64,000 nucleotides of DNA from an uncultured delta proteobacterium. Lineage in GTDB: Bacteria > Desulfobacterota > Desulfobulbia > Desulfobulbales > Desulfocapsaceae. The notes under the pieces were generated by a model. It saw only the letters and a list, made by a program, of their open reading frames with translations. It made no database searches and was not told the origin of the DNA. A program made the position numbers and the translations under genes. Shown in pieces: positions 27,767 through 37,261 of this stretch; the first letter of the stretch is position 1; each line of letters opens with the position of its first letter. Location: positions 125,765-189,764 of the forward strand of contig CAWCLE010000010.1 in NCBI GenBank assembly GCA_963796255.1, written 5' to 3'.

Positions 27767-30367
27767 ATGTGGTGGCAGAAGCTATTTGGCAGACGGCGTC
27801 CGGCAACAAAGGACACGGCTGAAATAAATATCTGGCGCCTCCAGTCTCTGTTTAATAATTTCAAGAGAATCCTCCAGTTAAACAACGCCGTCCTGGCCGA
27901 TATGGCCCGGATGGAACAGGCTCTCGGCGGCGAGTATATCTACGACCGGGCCTTTCTGGAAACGACGGTCCGGACGATTGCCTCCCATGTTCACCATGTG
28001 ACGTACAACCTCAACGCCTTGACCGGCAATGCCTATATATCCCTGTATGACCGGTATCAGGATATCCATACCATCCTCGACGACATCCTCTCCGGCAATA
28101 CCCGCGCCCTCGCCTGTCCACCGGTGCTCCCGTTGGCCGATATCGGCTGGGAAATGGAGCCGCTGGTCGGTATCGACCTGGTCTGCCTGGCCGAGCTGCA
28201 GCACCACCCGGGCATCCATGGTCCAGCCGGCTTTGTCATTACTTCTGAAGGAACCCGGGCACTGACCGGTCGGCTCAGTCATGACGGTTCAGAAACGGTC
28301 CAGATATCCGGCGAAAGGGTACGGACGGGTCTTGCCGAACAGCTGGAAATTCTGCTGCCGAACTGCGCTATCGGAAGGTTAACCGTCGTTGTTACCCAGA
28401 TCGACGATAATGAGGAAATAGCCAGGGAGCTTGGCAGGTTCACGGTCATGCCGACCGCGGACCGGTCGGTTTTGAGCATTATCGGAGATACAAGGCATCC
28501 CGCAGAACCTGATACCGGCAAGAATATCACCGATCTGCCGATTGAGGAAGATGAAACCGTCACTGCGGCGCCAAGTCGAGATCAGGGAAAATCCATCCAC
28601 CTCTATGTCCGTTGTCTGGAGCGTATTATCCATACTATCTTTGTCCGTATGCAGAAAGCAGGAGCAGACAGAGTCGTACAGTATGCGGTATTCGTCCGGT
28701 GCTGCCCCAATGTCGCAACCACCGGGCTGGTCCAGAGCCGCACAGCGACCACCAATTCTCATGACGTGCTGTCGATCACTGCGAATCATACCGAAGAGGA
28801 ATACGATACCTACCTCCTCAATCGCACCTATCCTTTCGATCTGATCCAGTCAGAGATTTCCGCCCATCCCGGTGCCGGGAATCTTTCCGTCGGCGGTCAT
28901 AGCCGCAGGTCGGCAATCCTCACCAATAAGCAACAAAAAGCATTGGCCGAAACCGCCATGACCCTGGAACGGATGCTGGGCATCCCTCTTGTCCTCACCT
29001 GGGAAATGCTCCCTGAAGCGAAGTGCAATATCACGCGCCTTATTCCCCTGCAGCAGACACCCCGGGAAATTTCCGTCGAAGAACAGCTCAATGAACAGGA
29101 CAATGCGAAAATTCTTTACCGGGGCGGCCAGTTGGTCCAGTCGGGTGTCGCAGCCGGCCACGTCGTGCATGTTACCGATACTATGGCTGCGACGGATTTT
29201 CCGGCAGGAGCCGTGGCGGTGGCCAGAACCGCATCGCCACAGTTGACCCCGATCCTCCAGCGCGCTGCGGCAATACTGACCGAATACGGCAGCCCCGCCG
29301 GCCATCTGGCCACGGTGGCCAGAGAACTGCGCCTGCCGGCCGTCTTTGCCATACCGGAGGTGTTGACCCTGCTGCCGCCGGGTACGGAAGTGACGGTCAA
29401 CGCAGGAGAAACGACGATCTATCAGGGTATTCTGCATACCATGCTGCAGCATGGCGGCGCGGACATGGAACTCACCCCGAACGATCCGGAATACCGGACC
29501 TTGCGGCGACTGTTACGGTTTATCATGCCTCTCCATCTGATTGATCCGGAGGCCGCCGATTTTACTCCCGAAGGCTGCCGCAGTTTTCATGATATCATTC
29601 ATTTCTGTCACGAACGGGCGGTTGAAGAACTGGCCCATTTCCAGGAGCGTCGACCGGGCCTTGGCTCAATCCGCACCAAACGAATGCGCCTCAAGGTGCC
29701 GATGGATATCCGCGTTCTCGATACCGGTGGAGGAATGATCAAAGATGCCGCAGAGGAACCGACCGGCGCCGATATCCTATCCGAACCCTTCGCAATATTC
29801 CTGGACGGACTGCTCCAACCCGAAGCCTGGACTGCCGAGACACCCTCTCTCGGCCTGCGCGACATCATCTCCGGCATGCCGCACAGCACGAACATTCTGG
29901 CCGTCCCAGCCGAGCAACTGGGGAAAAACCTGGCGATAATAAGCAGCGATTATATGAACATCAGCCTGCGCCTGGGCTATCATTTCAGCGTCATCGATGC
30001 CCATCTGGGCAGTGATGAACAGCGTAATTATGTCTATTTTCGCTTTGCCGGCGGCCTCGCCGACCCCGAGCGAAGAAAACGTAGAGCCACATTTATCAAA
30101 GATGTCCTTGAGGCAATGGCCTTCAAGGTATCGGTCAACGGCGACCTGGTCATAGGCCGGCTGAAACTGGTGGAAACAGAGCTGTTGCACTCAGCGATCT
30201 TTATTCTTGGCGCACTGACCGCTTTTTCCCGGCAACGCGATACCGGGCTCTATACCGATGCCGACACAAAGGTGCTGTTCAATACCTTTGCCGCCGCTTT
30301 TCTCAACCGTTTTGACTGGGACCTCAGCAGTACTTGCTCGCGCAGCCAAGGCCCTGCAGAGATCTGA
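27767..30367 (+). CDS. PEP-synthase-like protein P2 with a degenerate ATP-grasp and a retained swivel His and C-terminal domain
   Basis: 866 aa. The N-terminal region closely resembles P4. PLVGIDLVCLAEL replaces the GGKAANL motif. The VRSS...SFAGQ motif is absent. The swivel motif is YGSPAGHLATVARELRLPAVF. The C-terminal motif is LRLGYHFSVIDAH...YVYFRFAGG. Confidence 0.75.
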   Translation: MWWQKLFGRRRPATKDTAEINIWRLQSLFNNFKRILQLNNAVLADMARMEQALGGEYIYDRAFLETTVRTIASHVHHVTYNLNALTGNAYISLYDRYQDIHTILDDILSGNTRALACPPVLPLADIGWEMEPLVGIDLVCLAELQHHPGIHGPAGFVITSEGTRALTGRLSHDGSETVQISGERVRTGLAEQLEILLPNCAIGRLTVVVTQIDDNEEIARELGRFTVMPTADRSVLSIIGDTRHPAEPDTGKNITDLPIEEDETVTAAPSRDQGKSIHLYVRCLERIIHTIFVRMQKAGADRVVQYAVFVRCCPNVATTGLVQSRTATTNSHDVLSITANHTEEEYDTYLLNRTYPFDLIQSEISAHPGAGNLSVGGHSRRSAILTNKQQKALAETAMTLERMLGIPLVLTWEMLPEAKCNITRLIPLQQTPREISVEEQLNEQDNAKILYRGGQLVQSGVAAGHVVHVTDTMAATDFPAGAVAVARTASPQLTPILQRAAAILTEYGSPAGHLATVARELRLPAVFAIPEVLTLLPPGTEVTVNAGETTIYQGILHTMLQHGGADMELTPNDPEYRTLRRLLRFIMPLHLIDPEAADFTPEGCRSFHDIIHFCHERAVEELAHFQERRPGLGSIRTKRMRLKVPMDIRVLDTGGGMIKDAAEEPTGADILSEPFAIFLDGLLQPEAWTAETPSLGLRDIISGMPHSTNILAVPAEQLGKNLAIISSDYMNISLRLGYHFSVIDAHLGSDEQRNYVYFRFAGGLADPERRKRRATFIKDVLEAMAFKVSVNGDLVIGRLKLVETELLHSAIFILGALTAFSRQRDTGLYTDADTKVLFNTFAAAFLNRFDWDLSSTCSRSQGPAEI

Positions 30368-30475
30368 GTCAATCCTGGCCTGGACCTCACTGCATGGCAC
30401 TAGTATAATCATGACCTATCCAATATAGAGCCGCCAATCCATCGATAAATCTCTTACCAATCGTGCAATTGTAAA

Positions 30476-30742
30476 ATGGTTATGATCAGATCAGCAAATA
30501 ACAACGAGGCAGATGTATTAACAAAAATATCTTTTGCGTCAAAAGGCTATTGGAACTACCCAGAGAAATATTTCGAGGTATGGAAGAATGAAACAGTAAC
30601 CGTTCACCAGCACTTCATTTTCGTCCGATCAGGCCCCCTTCACATAGCCAACTATAGCTCGCAGGCCTGCTTGAACGAAACTGGAGCACTGGTTGAACGT
30701 TTACAGATCCGGGTTCTTTGGTCACTTACTGCGGTCCGGTGA
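30476..30742 (+). pseudogene. GNAT acetyltransferase remnant, N-terminal fragment only
   Basis: The first ~40 codons (IRSANNNEADVLTKISFASKGYWNYPEKYFEVWKNE) resemble GNAT N-termini. The similarity then stops, and no acetyl-CoA binding motif follows. Confidence 0.4.
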
Positions 30743-31125
30743 ACTATTACGACAAACACATAAAGTGATGAAGGACCTTCAAATTAAAGGGTTTGGGCCA
30801 TAACCAGCAATAGCATCAAAACAGCGAACAAGCCGTTTTACCGGAAAAATCCCTCCACCATCCGTCACACCACCTCGCATGCGGGTCTACCCCAAGGGCA
30901 CTTCCGATGGCCGTGCGCCAGGCGGTTCTCAAATGCCTCAAACTCGAACAATTTATCGCCGATACATGGATTGTCCAATAACTTTTCGAGAACCTTGATT
31001 CAAAGGTTGCACGATATGGGCGGCCGTCTCCATGTCTTAACATAACGATCTTGATTTTATCTTGAAATATTCAAACGTGTGTTTTATATACATGTTTAAA
31101 TCATACGTTTTTTTTGGGAGGCGCC

Positions 31126-31791
31126 ATGTCCGAGCAAACAATCCCAACCAAGCAACGAATTCTTCATGCGGCCGGCATCATATTTGGCAAAAACGGCTAT
31201 AAAGATGCCACTATCCGCATGATCGCCCAGGCGGCGCGGGTAAATATTGCCGCCATCAATTATCATTTTCAGGGTAAAGAAGGCTTGTATGGGGCTGTTC
31301 TTGAAGATGTTTTTCACAACGGTTTCCACCGTTTCCCAGCCACCCTGGAAGTCGGCGCTGATGCCGACCCAAAGCAGCGGCTCCGGGCGTTTATCAGGGC
31401 AATGTTCTATCGCCTGCAGAGCCGGGAGGGCTGGGGCGGCATGGCCGGCCAGGGGCGGCTGATCGCCAGGGAACTTATAGATCCGAGCCCCGCTTTTACC
31501 TTGATTCTCGATAAATATGTGCAACCGCATAAAGACCTGCTGCTCACCATCATTGGCGATATCATGCGGATTCATCCCGGTCCGGACAAACTTAAGGCCT
31601 GCGCCGTATCCATTATCGGCCAGTGCATCTACTACGCCCTGGCGTCAACGGTTATCCGCAGAGTCTTTGCCGATACCTCGCCCGCAGACGACGATCTCGA
31701 GCTCCCGGCAGATTCCGTCTGGCTCTTTTCTCTTGGTGGCATTGCCCGGATCAAAGAGGAATACCTTTTATCATCAAAGGCTGAATCATGA
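31126..31791 (+). CDS. TetR/AcrR-family repressor (CecR/YbiH-like position)
   Basis: The preferred ATG is at 31126, after GGGAGG. The HTH is TKQRILHAAGIIFGKNGYKDATIRMIAQAARVNIAAINYHFQGKEGLY. The gene overlaps the next gene by 4 nt. Confidence 0.85.
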   Translation: MSEQTIPTKQRILHAAGIIFGKNGYKDATIRMIAQAARVNIAAINYHFQGKEGLYGAVLEDVFHNGFHRFPATLEVGADADPKQRLRAFIRAMFYRLQSREGWGGMAGQGRLIARELIDPSPAFTLILDKYVQPHKDLLLTIIGDIMRIHPGPDKLKACAVSIIGQCIYYALASTVIRRVFADTSPADDDLELPADSVWLFSLGGIARIKEEYLLSSKAES

Positions 31792-32978
31792 AAAAAAGAT
31801 TGCGCATCATTCTCCCGCTTCTTGTTCTCATCATTATCGGCGTTGTGGTCTTCAAAGTTTTCAGGCACCACGAAGAAAGTTCTTCGCTGCGGTTTTCCGG
31901 CAATATCGAGGTTACTGAAACCCAGATGAGCTTCAGAATCCCTGGTCGCCTGCAGGAGCGGCTGGTGGAAGAAGGTGATACGGTCATAGCCCTGCAGCCG
32001 ATTGCCAGGCTCGATAAAAGAGATCAGACCATTGCTCTCGCTCAGGCTGAGGCGAATCTGGCCTACACCCGTTCAATCCTGGCGGAACTGGAAGCGGGCA
32101 GCCGCAAGGAGGATATAGCCCGGGCCGAGGCGGCTGCCATACAGGCTCGCCAGAGTCTGACGGAACTGCAGAACGGCAGCCGGATCCAGGACATCGAAAA
32201 GGCCCGGGCTGCTCTTGACAGCGCGAAAGCAGCTGAGAGGTCGGCTCTGGTCGAGTTGAACCAGGCAAAAATCGACCAAGACCGGTATATTATTCTCTAT
32301 AAGGAGAACAGTATCAGCAAAAATACCCTGGAAACATTCCAGACCAGGTATAAGACCGCCGATAACCGGGCAAAGGAAGCAACCGCCCAGACCAAAGCAG
32401 CGGGCCAGCAGCTTGAGCTGCTCAAGATCGGGCCACGCATCGAACAGCTGCATAAAGCCGAGGCAGCCCTGCAGCAGGCCGAGGCGGAGTATGCCCTGAT
32501 CAAGGCGGGTCCACGACAAGAAACCATCGACCAAGCGCGAGCCAAAATGCGGGTCGCCGAGGAAACAGTCAAGCAGGCCGAGCAGCAGCTCGACTATACC
32601 GAACTTATTGCGCCTATGGACGCGGTGGTGCTCAGCACCTCGGCAGAAGCCGGAGAATACCTCAACCCCGCTTCGCCGGTATTGACCCTTGGACAGATGG
32701 ATAAACCGTGGCTGCGCGCCTATATTAATGAAACAGATCTCGGCCGAATCAAGCTCGGCCAAGAGGTTCAGGTGAGTACCGATACCTTTCCCGACAAGAC
32801 CTATTTGGGCCGGATAAGCTATATCAGCTCACAGGCCGAATTCACTCCCAAGACGGTCCAGACTTTCGAAGAACGGGTCAAGCTGATGTACCGGATCAAG
32901 GTCATGCTTGACAATATCGATCATGAACTCAAACCCGGCATGCCCGCCGACGGATATATCGATATAGGCGGCCGGTAA
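31788..32978 (+). CDS. HlyD-family periplasmic adaptor (YbhG-like)
   Basis: 396 aa with an N-terminal TM helix, a long coiled-coil hairpin (repeated AEA/QQ segments) and a beta-barrel C-terminus (ELKPGMPADGYI). Confidence 0.85.
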   Translation: MKKRLRIILPLLVLIIIGVVVFKVFRHHEESSSLRFSGNIEVTETQMSFRIPGRLQERLVEEGDTVIALQPIARLDKRDQTIALAQAEANLAYTRSILAELEAGSRKEDIARAEAAAIQARQSLTELQNGSRIQDIEKARAALDSAKAAERSALVELNQAKIDQDRYIILYKENSISKNTLETFQTRYKTADNRAKEATAQTKAAGQQLELLKIGPRIEQLHKAEAALQQAEAEYALIKAGPRQETIDQARAKMRVAEETVKQAEQQLDYTELIAPMDAVVLSTSAEAGEYLNPASPVLTLGQMDKPWLRAYINETDLGRIKLGQEVQVSTDTFPDKTYLGRISYISSQAEFTPKTVQTFEERVKLMYRIKVMLDNIDHELKPGMPADGYIDIGGR

Positions 32979-32979
32979 A

Positions 32980-34938
32980 ATGCCCTCCCCTGCTATTGCC
33001 GCGGAAGGTCTGACGAAGAAATTTGGTACCCTCACTGCGGTTAATCAGTTGCAGCTCACGGTCTATCCCGGTGAGATATTCGGCCTGGTAGGCCCGGACG
33101 GTGCGGGCAAATCGACCAGCCTGCGCATGCTGGCCACCATCATGGATGCAGATTCGGGTACGGCGCGGATCGCCGGGTTTGATACTGCAAAAGAAGCGGC
33201 AGAGGTTAAAGACCATCTGGCCTATATGAGCCAGAAATTCGGGCTCTACCAGGACCTCACCGTCGGCGAAAATATCGATTTTTATGCCGATCTCTACGGC
33301 ATGAGTCGCAAAGGCCGGCAGCAGCGCATTGGGAAACTGCTCGATTTCAGTCATATGCGGCCCTTTATAAAGCGCCGGGCCGGGGATCTGTCCGGCGGCA
33401 TGAAACAAAAGCTCCAGCTGGTCTGCGCCCTTATCCATACTCCGCAAGTCCTGTTGCTGGACGAGCCGACCAATGGCGTTGACCCGGTGAGCCGCCGGGA
33501 TTTCTGGCGAATCCTCAATCAACTGCGCGAACAGCAGGTGGCGGTACTCCTCACCACCGCCTACCTCGATGAAGCCGAACGCTGCGACCGGGTCGGCCTG
33601 ATCGATAAGGGCAAGCTGATGGCCACCGGCACTCCGGCGGAGATGAAAAAGCTGATGGATGGCCGGATACTGGCGATCAGCTCCCGGCAGGCGAGAAAAA
33701 TCGTCGCCTTGCTGAAAGACCAGCCTTTTACCAAAAACGTCAATCTCTTTGGTGCAAAAGTCCACCTGGTCTGCCGTGACAGCAAAGAAACAGAAAAGCA
33801 GGTTATTGGTCTTCTCCAGCACGAAAAAATCGACTATGACCAGATACGGGAGATACAACCGTCCCTGGAAGATGTTTTTGTCAGCCTGCTCGACAAAAAC
33901 GATCAGGCCGTTCCGGATACCAAAAAAACCACTCAGATCACTACGGATTCGGCCACGGACCTTGCCGCTACAGCGGTTATAGCAGATCATTTAACCCGCA
34001 AATTCGGCACGTTCACCGCCGTCGACGATATCGGTTTTAAAGTAAAGAAAGGGGAGATTTTTGGTTTTCTCGGCCCGAATGGCGCAGGCAAAAGCACCAC
34101 CATCCGCATGCTCTGCGGCCTGCTCAGTCCTACTTCCGGCACCGGAACAGTGGCCGGTTTTGATATCCTTAGTCAAACCGAGCAGATCAAGCACCATATC
34201 GGCTATATGAGCCAGAAGTTTTCTCTTTATGAAGATCTAACCGTTACCGAAAACATCAGCTTTTACGGCGGCATCTACGGTCTTGCCGGCAAACAGCTGG
34301 CAGAACGCCTCGACTGGGCGGTGGCCATGGCCGGCCTGCAGGATTATCGCACCAGCCTGACCACTATTCTTAGCGGCGGTTGGAAGCAGCGGCTGGCCCT
34401 GGCCTGCGCCATCCTCCATGAACCGCCGATTATTTTCCTTGACGAACCGACCAGCGGCGTCGATCCTTTGAGTCGCAGACAATTCTGGGACCTTATTTAC
34501 TCGATGGCCGATCAAGGCATCACCATCTTTGTTACCACCCATTATATGGAAGAGGCGGAGTACTGCGACCGCATCGCCCTTATCTATGATGGCAAGATGA
34601 TCGCCTCCGGCTCCCCCATGGAGTTGAAAACCAGGTTCATGCAGGATACGATCATCGATCTGCACTGTCCCGACCCACAGTCCCTGATCGCCCCGCTTAA
34701 AAATTTGCCTGAAGTCCGGGATGCGGCGCTTTTTGGCTCCGGTCTGCATATCGTCGCCACAGACGATAAGGCCGCGACAATCGCCATCAGAAAGCTTCTG
34801 AGCGATCGAGGCCAGGATAACTGCACCATGGAGACCATTCTGCCCAGCATGGAGGATGTCTTTATCTCGCTTATCGAAGAGGTCGACAGGAAGAAACAAA
34901 CCAGCAACAATGATGCGCAAAAGGCGGACCAGTCATGA
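32980..34938 (+). CDS. Fused double ABC ATPase (YbhF-like)
   Basis: 652 aa. It has two Walker A motifs (GPDGAGKST, GPNGAGKST), two signature motifs (LSGGMKQK, LSGGWKQR) and two Walker B motifs (LLLDEPT, IFLDEPT). Confidence 0.9.
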   Translation: MPSPAIAAEGLTKKFGTLTAVNQLQLTVYPGEIFGLVGPDGAGKSTSLRMLATIMDADSGTARIAGFDTAKEAAEVKDHLAYMSQKFGLYQDLTVGENIDFYADLYGMSRKGRQQRIGKLLDFSHMRPFIKRRAGDLSGGMKQKLQLVCALIHTPQVLLLDEPTNGVDPVSRRDFWRILNQLREQQVAVLLTTAYLDEAERCDRVGLIDKGKLMATGTPAEMKKLMDGRILAISSRQARKIVALLKDQPFTKNVNLFGAKVHLVCRDSKETEKQVIGLLQHEKIDYDQIREIQPSLEDVFVSLLDKNDQAVPDTKKTTQITTDSATDLAATAVIADHLTRKFGTFTAVDDIGFKVKKGEIFGFLGPNGAGKSTTIRMLCGLLSPTSGTGTVAGFDILSQTEQIKHHIGYMSQKFSLYEDLTVTENISFYGGIYGLAGKQLAERLDWAVAMAGLQDYRTSLTTILSGGWKQRLALACAILHEPPIIFLDEPTSGVDPLSRRQFWDLIYSMADQGITIFVTTHYMEEAEYCDRIALIYDGKMIASGSPMELKTRFMQDTIIDLHCPDPQSLIAPLKNLPEVRDAALFGSGLHIVATDDKAATIAIRKLLSDRGQDNCTMETILPSMEDVFISLIEEVDRKKQTSNNDAQKADQS

Positions 34939-36068
34939 ATTTAATGCGTCTCACCGCGGTCGCCCGCAAAGAATCCCTGCACCTGCTGCGTGACTGGCGC
35001 AGCCTGACCCTGGCCCTGGCTATTCCGTTAATTCTTATCCTGCTCTATGGCTACGCCCTCACTCTGGATCTGCGCCTGGTGCCGACTGTGGTCTGGGATC
35101 AGTCCCGCACGCCCGAGAGTCGAGAGATGCTCAGCCTCTTTGAAAGTTCCCCCTATTTTGCCGTTAAGGGCCACTATAGCAATTACGATGGCCTGCAACA
35201 GCAACTCGATCGGGGCAGCGCCATGATCGCCCTGGTTATCCCCGGCGATTTCGCCGCCAAGGTGCAGGCCGCAAAGCCCGTAAAAATACAGATTATCGGC
35301 GACGGAAGTGATGCCAACACCTCCCGGTTGGCCATGAACTATGCCGCAAATATCACCACCATCTATGCGCTGGAGATCGCCTCAAACCAGATGCAAAACA
35401 AGGGCCGCGGCGAGTTGAAACAGCCGATGGCCTTGATCCAGCGCTCCTGGTACAACCCCGATCTGCGCAGTCAGAACGTGCTTATCCCCGGCATCATTGC
35501 CCTCGTCATGATCGTCGTCGCCGCGCTGTTGACCAGCACCACCATTGCCAAGGAATGGGAAACGGGCACCATGGAACAGTTGATCAGCACCCCTCTACGC
35601 GGCCCCGAGCTTATTTTCGGCAAAGTTATTCCCTATTTCTGTATCGGCCTGATCGATGTGGCCATGGCGGTGCTGATCGGCAAATGGATTTTCGATGTGG
35701 CGATCGTCGGCAACACCGCACTGCTCTTTGCTCTGTCCGCGGTCTTTCTGACCGGCGCTTTATTTCTTGGCATGACGCTCAGCATCAAGCTTAAATCCCA
35801 GGTTCTGGCCAATCAGCTGGCGATTATCATCGGTTTTCTGCCGACTCTTATCCTGAGCGGTTTTGTCTTTGCCATCGAAAATATGCCGGTGCCTTTACAG
35901 TTTCTCACCTATATTGTCCCCGCTAGGTATTTCATCGCCATTTTGCGCGGCATCTACTTAAAAGGCATCGGCCTGGAAATACTCTGGCTTGACGCTTTGT
36001 TGCTGGCAATCTTTGCGCTGTTGATGATGGTCCTTGCCCATCGTAATTTTTCCTTCAAACTGGAGTAA
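34935..36068 (+). CDS. ABC-2 type permease (YbhS-like)
   Basis: 377 aa with an N-terminal TM helix, a large periplasmic loop and then 5 TM helices. The gene overlaps the ATPase gene by 4 nt. Confidence 0.85.
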   Translation: MNLMRLTAVARKESLHLLRDWRSLTLALAIPLILILLYGYALTLDLRLVPTVVWDQSRTPESREMLSLFESSPYFAVKGHYSNYDGLQQQLDRGSAMIALVIPGDFAAKVQAAKPVKIQIIGDGSDANTSRLAMNYAANITTIYALEIASNQMQNKGRGELKQPMALIQRSWYNPDLRSQNVLIPGIIALVMIVVAALLTSTTIAKEWETGTMEQLISTPLRGPELIFGKVIPYFCIGLIDVAMAVLIGKWIFDVAIVGNTALLFALSAVFLTGALFLGMTLSIKLKSQVLANQLAIIIGFLPTLILSGFVFAIENMPVPLQFLTYIVPARYFIAILRGIYLKGIGLEILWLDALLLAIFALLMMVLAHRNFSFKLE

Positions 36069-36071
36069 TCG

Positions 36072-37199
36072 ATGCTGCAACGCCTGTACCGTATGCTCAT
36101 CAAGGAATTTTTACAGATGCTTCGTGATCCGCGGATGCGGGTAGTTATTTTCGGCATGCCGGTTATTCAGTTGACCATCATGGCCTTTGCATTAACCACC
36201 GATGTCAACAATATCCGCCTGGCGGTCCTCGATATGGACCGAACACCTATGTCAAGAGAGCTGATCAGCACCTTTACCGGCTCCAACTATTTCCGTATCT
36301 CCTACTCTCTGTCCTCACAAAAAGAGATCACGCCCCTGCTTGACCGCGGCGACGTCCGGGCGGTGCTGCATATCCCAACAGGGTTCAGTAAAGATATTCT
36401 CCATGAGCGCACTGCCGAGGTGCAGCTTATTACCGACGGTACCGACAGCAACAGCACCTCCATCGTCCTCGGCTATGCCGGGATGATCGTCAGTGACTAC
36501 AACGACAGGCAGCAAAAAGAACGACTGGGCAGAAAAGGGACGACCATCTCGCCGATCCAGATCACCACCGAAAGCCGTGCCTGGTATAATACCAACCAGG
36601 AGAGTAAATTCTATTATGTCCCTTCGCTGATCGCCACCATGCTCTATATCTTCAGCCTGCTGCTGACCAGTATCGGCATCGTCAGGGAAAAGGAAATCGG
36701 CACCATCGAGCAGGTAATGGTCACCCCGATCCGCGGCTTCGAATTCATCCTCGGTAAAACCATTCCCTATATGATCACCGGCTATATCACCATGACCTTT
36801 ATGCTGATAGTCGCCTATCTGCTCTTCGACGTTCATGTAAAGGGCAGCCTGCTCCTGCTCTATGGTCTGACCGGGATCTATCTTGCCGGCAACATGGGTA
36901 TTGCCCTGCTCATCAGCGGCAGTGCCGCGACCCAGCAGCAGGCCCTGCTGACCAGTTTTCTGATTTTGATGCCCTCGGTCATGCTGAGCGGCTTTTTGTT
37001 CCCGATCAGCAATATGCCCGATCCGGTCCGCTATGCCACCGTCATCAACCCAATGCGTTGGTATTTAGATATCCTCCGCGGCATTGTTATGAAGGATGTG
37101 GGGGTTTTCGCCCTCTGGCCGGCAATTCTCGCTCAAAGCGTGCTGGCGGTCACCTTTCTGGCGCTGGCTATAGGTCGCTTTAAAAAAACTCTATCATAA
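36072..37199 (+). CDS. ABC-2 type permease (YbhR-like)
   Basis: 375 aa with the same topology as the preceding permease. Shared pattern: EKE.GT.EQ...TP. Confidence 0.85.
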   Translation: MLQRLYRMLIKEFLQMLRDPRMRVVIFGMPVIQLTIMAFALTTDVNNIRLAVLDMDRTPMSRELISTFTGSNYFRISYSLSSQKEITPLLDRGDVRAVLHIPTGFSKDILHERTAEVQLITDGTDSNSTSIVLGYAGMIVSDYNDRQQKERLGRKGTTISPIQITTESRAWYNTNQESKFYYVPSLIATMLYIFSLLLTSIGIVREKEIGTIEQVMVTPIRGFEFILGKTIPYMITGYITMTFMLIVAYLLFDVHVKGSLLLLYGLTGIYLAGNMGIALLISGSAATQQQALLTSFLILMPSVMLSGFLFPISNMPDPVRYATVINPMRWYLDILRGIVMKDVGVFALWPAILAQSVLAVTFLALAIGRFKKTLS

Positions 37200-37200
37200 A

Positions 37201-37258
37201 TGGTGGCGTAAAAACTCTTCATCTGAAGTCTGCACTTTTCTGCTTCCTGGTTGCGAAT
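37201..37258 (+). repeat. 58-bp intergenic repeat, copy A
   Basis: TGGTGGCGTAAAAACTCTTCATCTGAAGTCTGCACTTTTCTGCTTCCTGGTTGCGAAT matches 40294-40351 at 50 of 58 positions, in the same orientation and without gaps. Confidence 0.8.
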
Positions 37259-37261
37259 ATC

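Noticed and set aside
30816-31043. A 75-aa minus-strand ORF, with a neighbouring frame ending ...HGHRKCPWGRPACEVV, considered as a transposase, integrase or HNH remnant.
   Set aside because: I could recognise no diagnostic motif. Calling it a mobile-element fragment would be a guess.
32929-33990. A 353-aa minus-strand ORF overlapping the double ABC ATPase gene.
   Set aside because: The plus-strand frame carries textbook Walker A, Walker B and signature motifs. The antisense product has no recognisable features.
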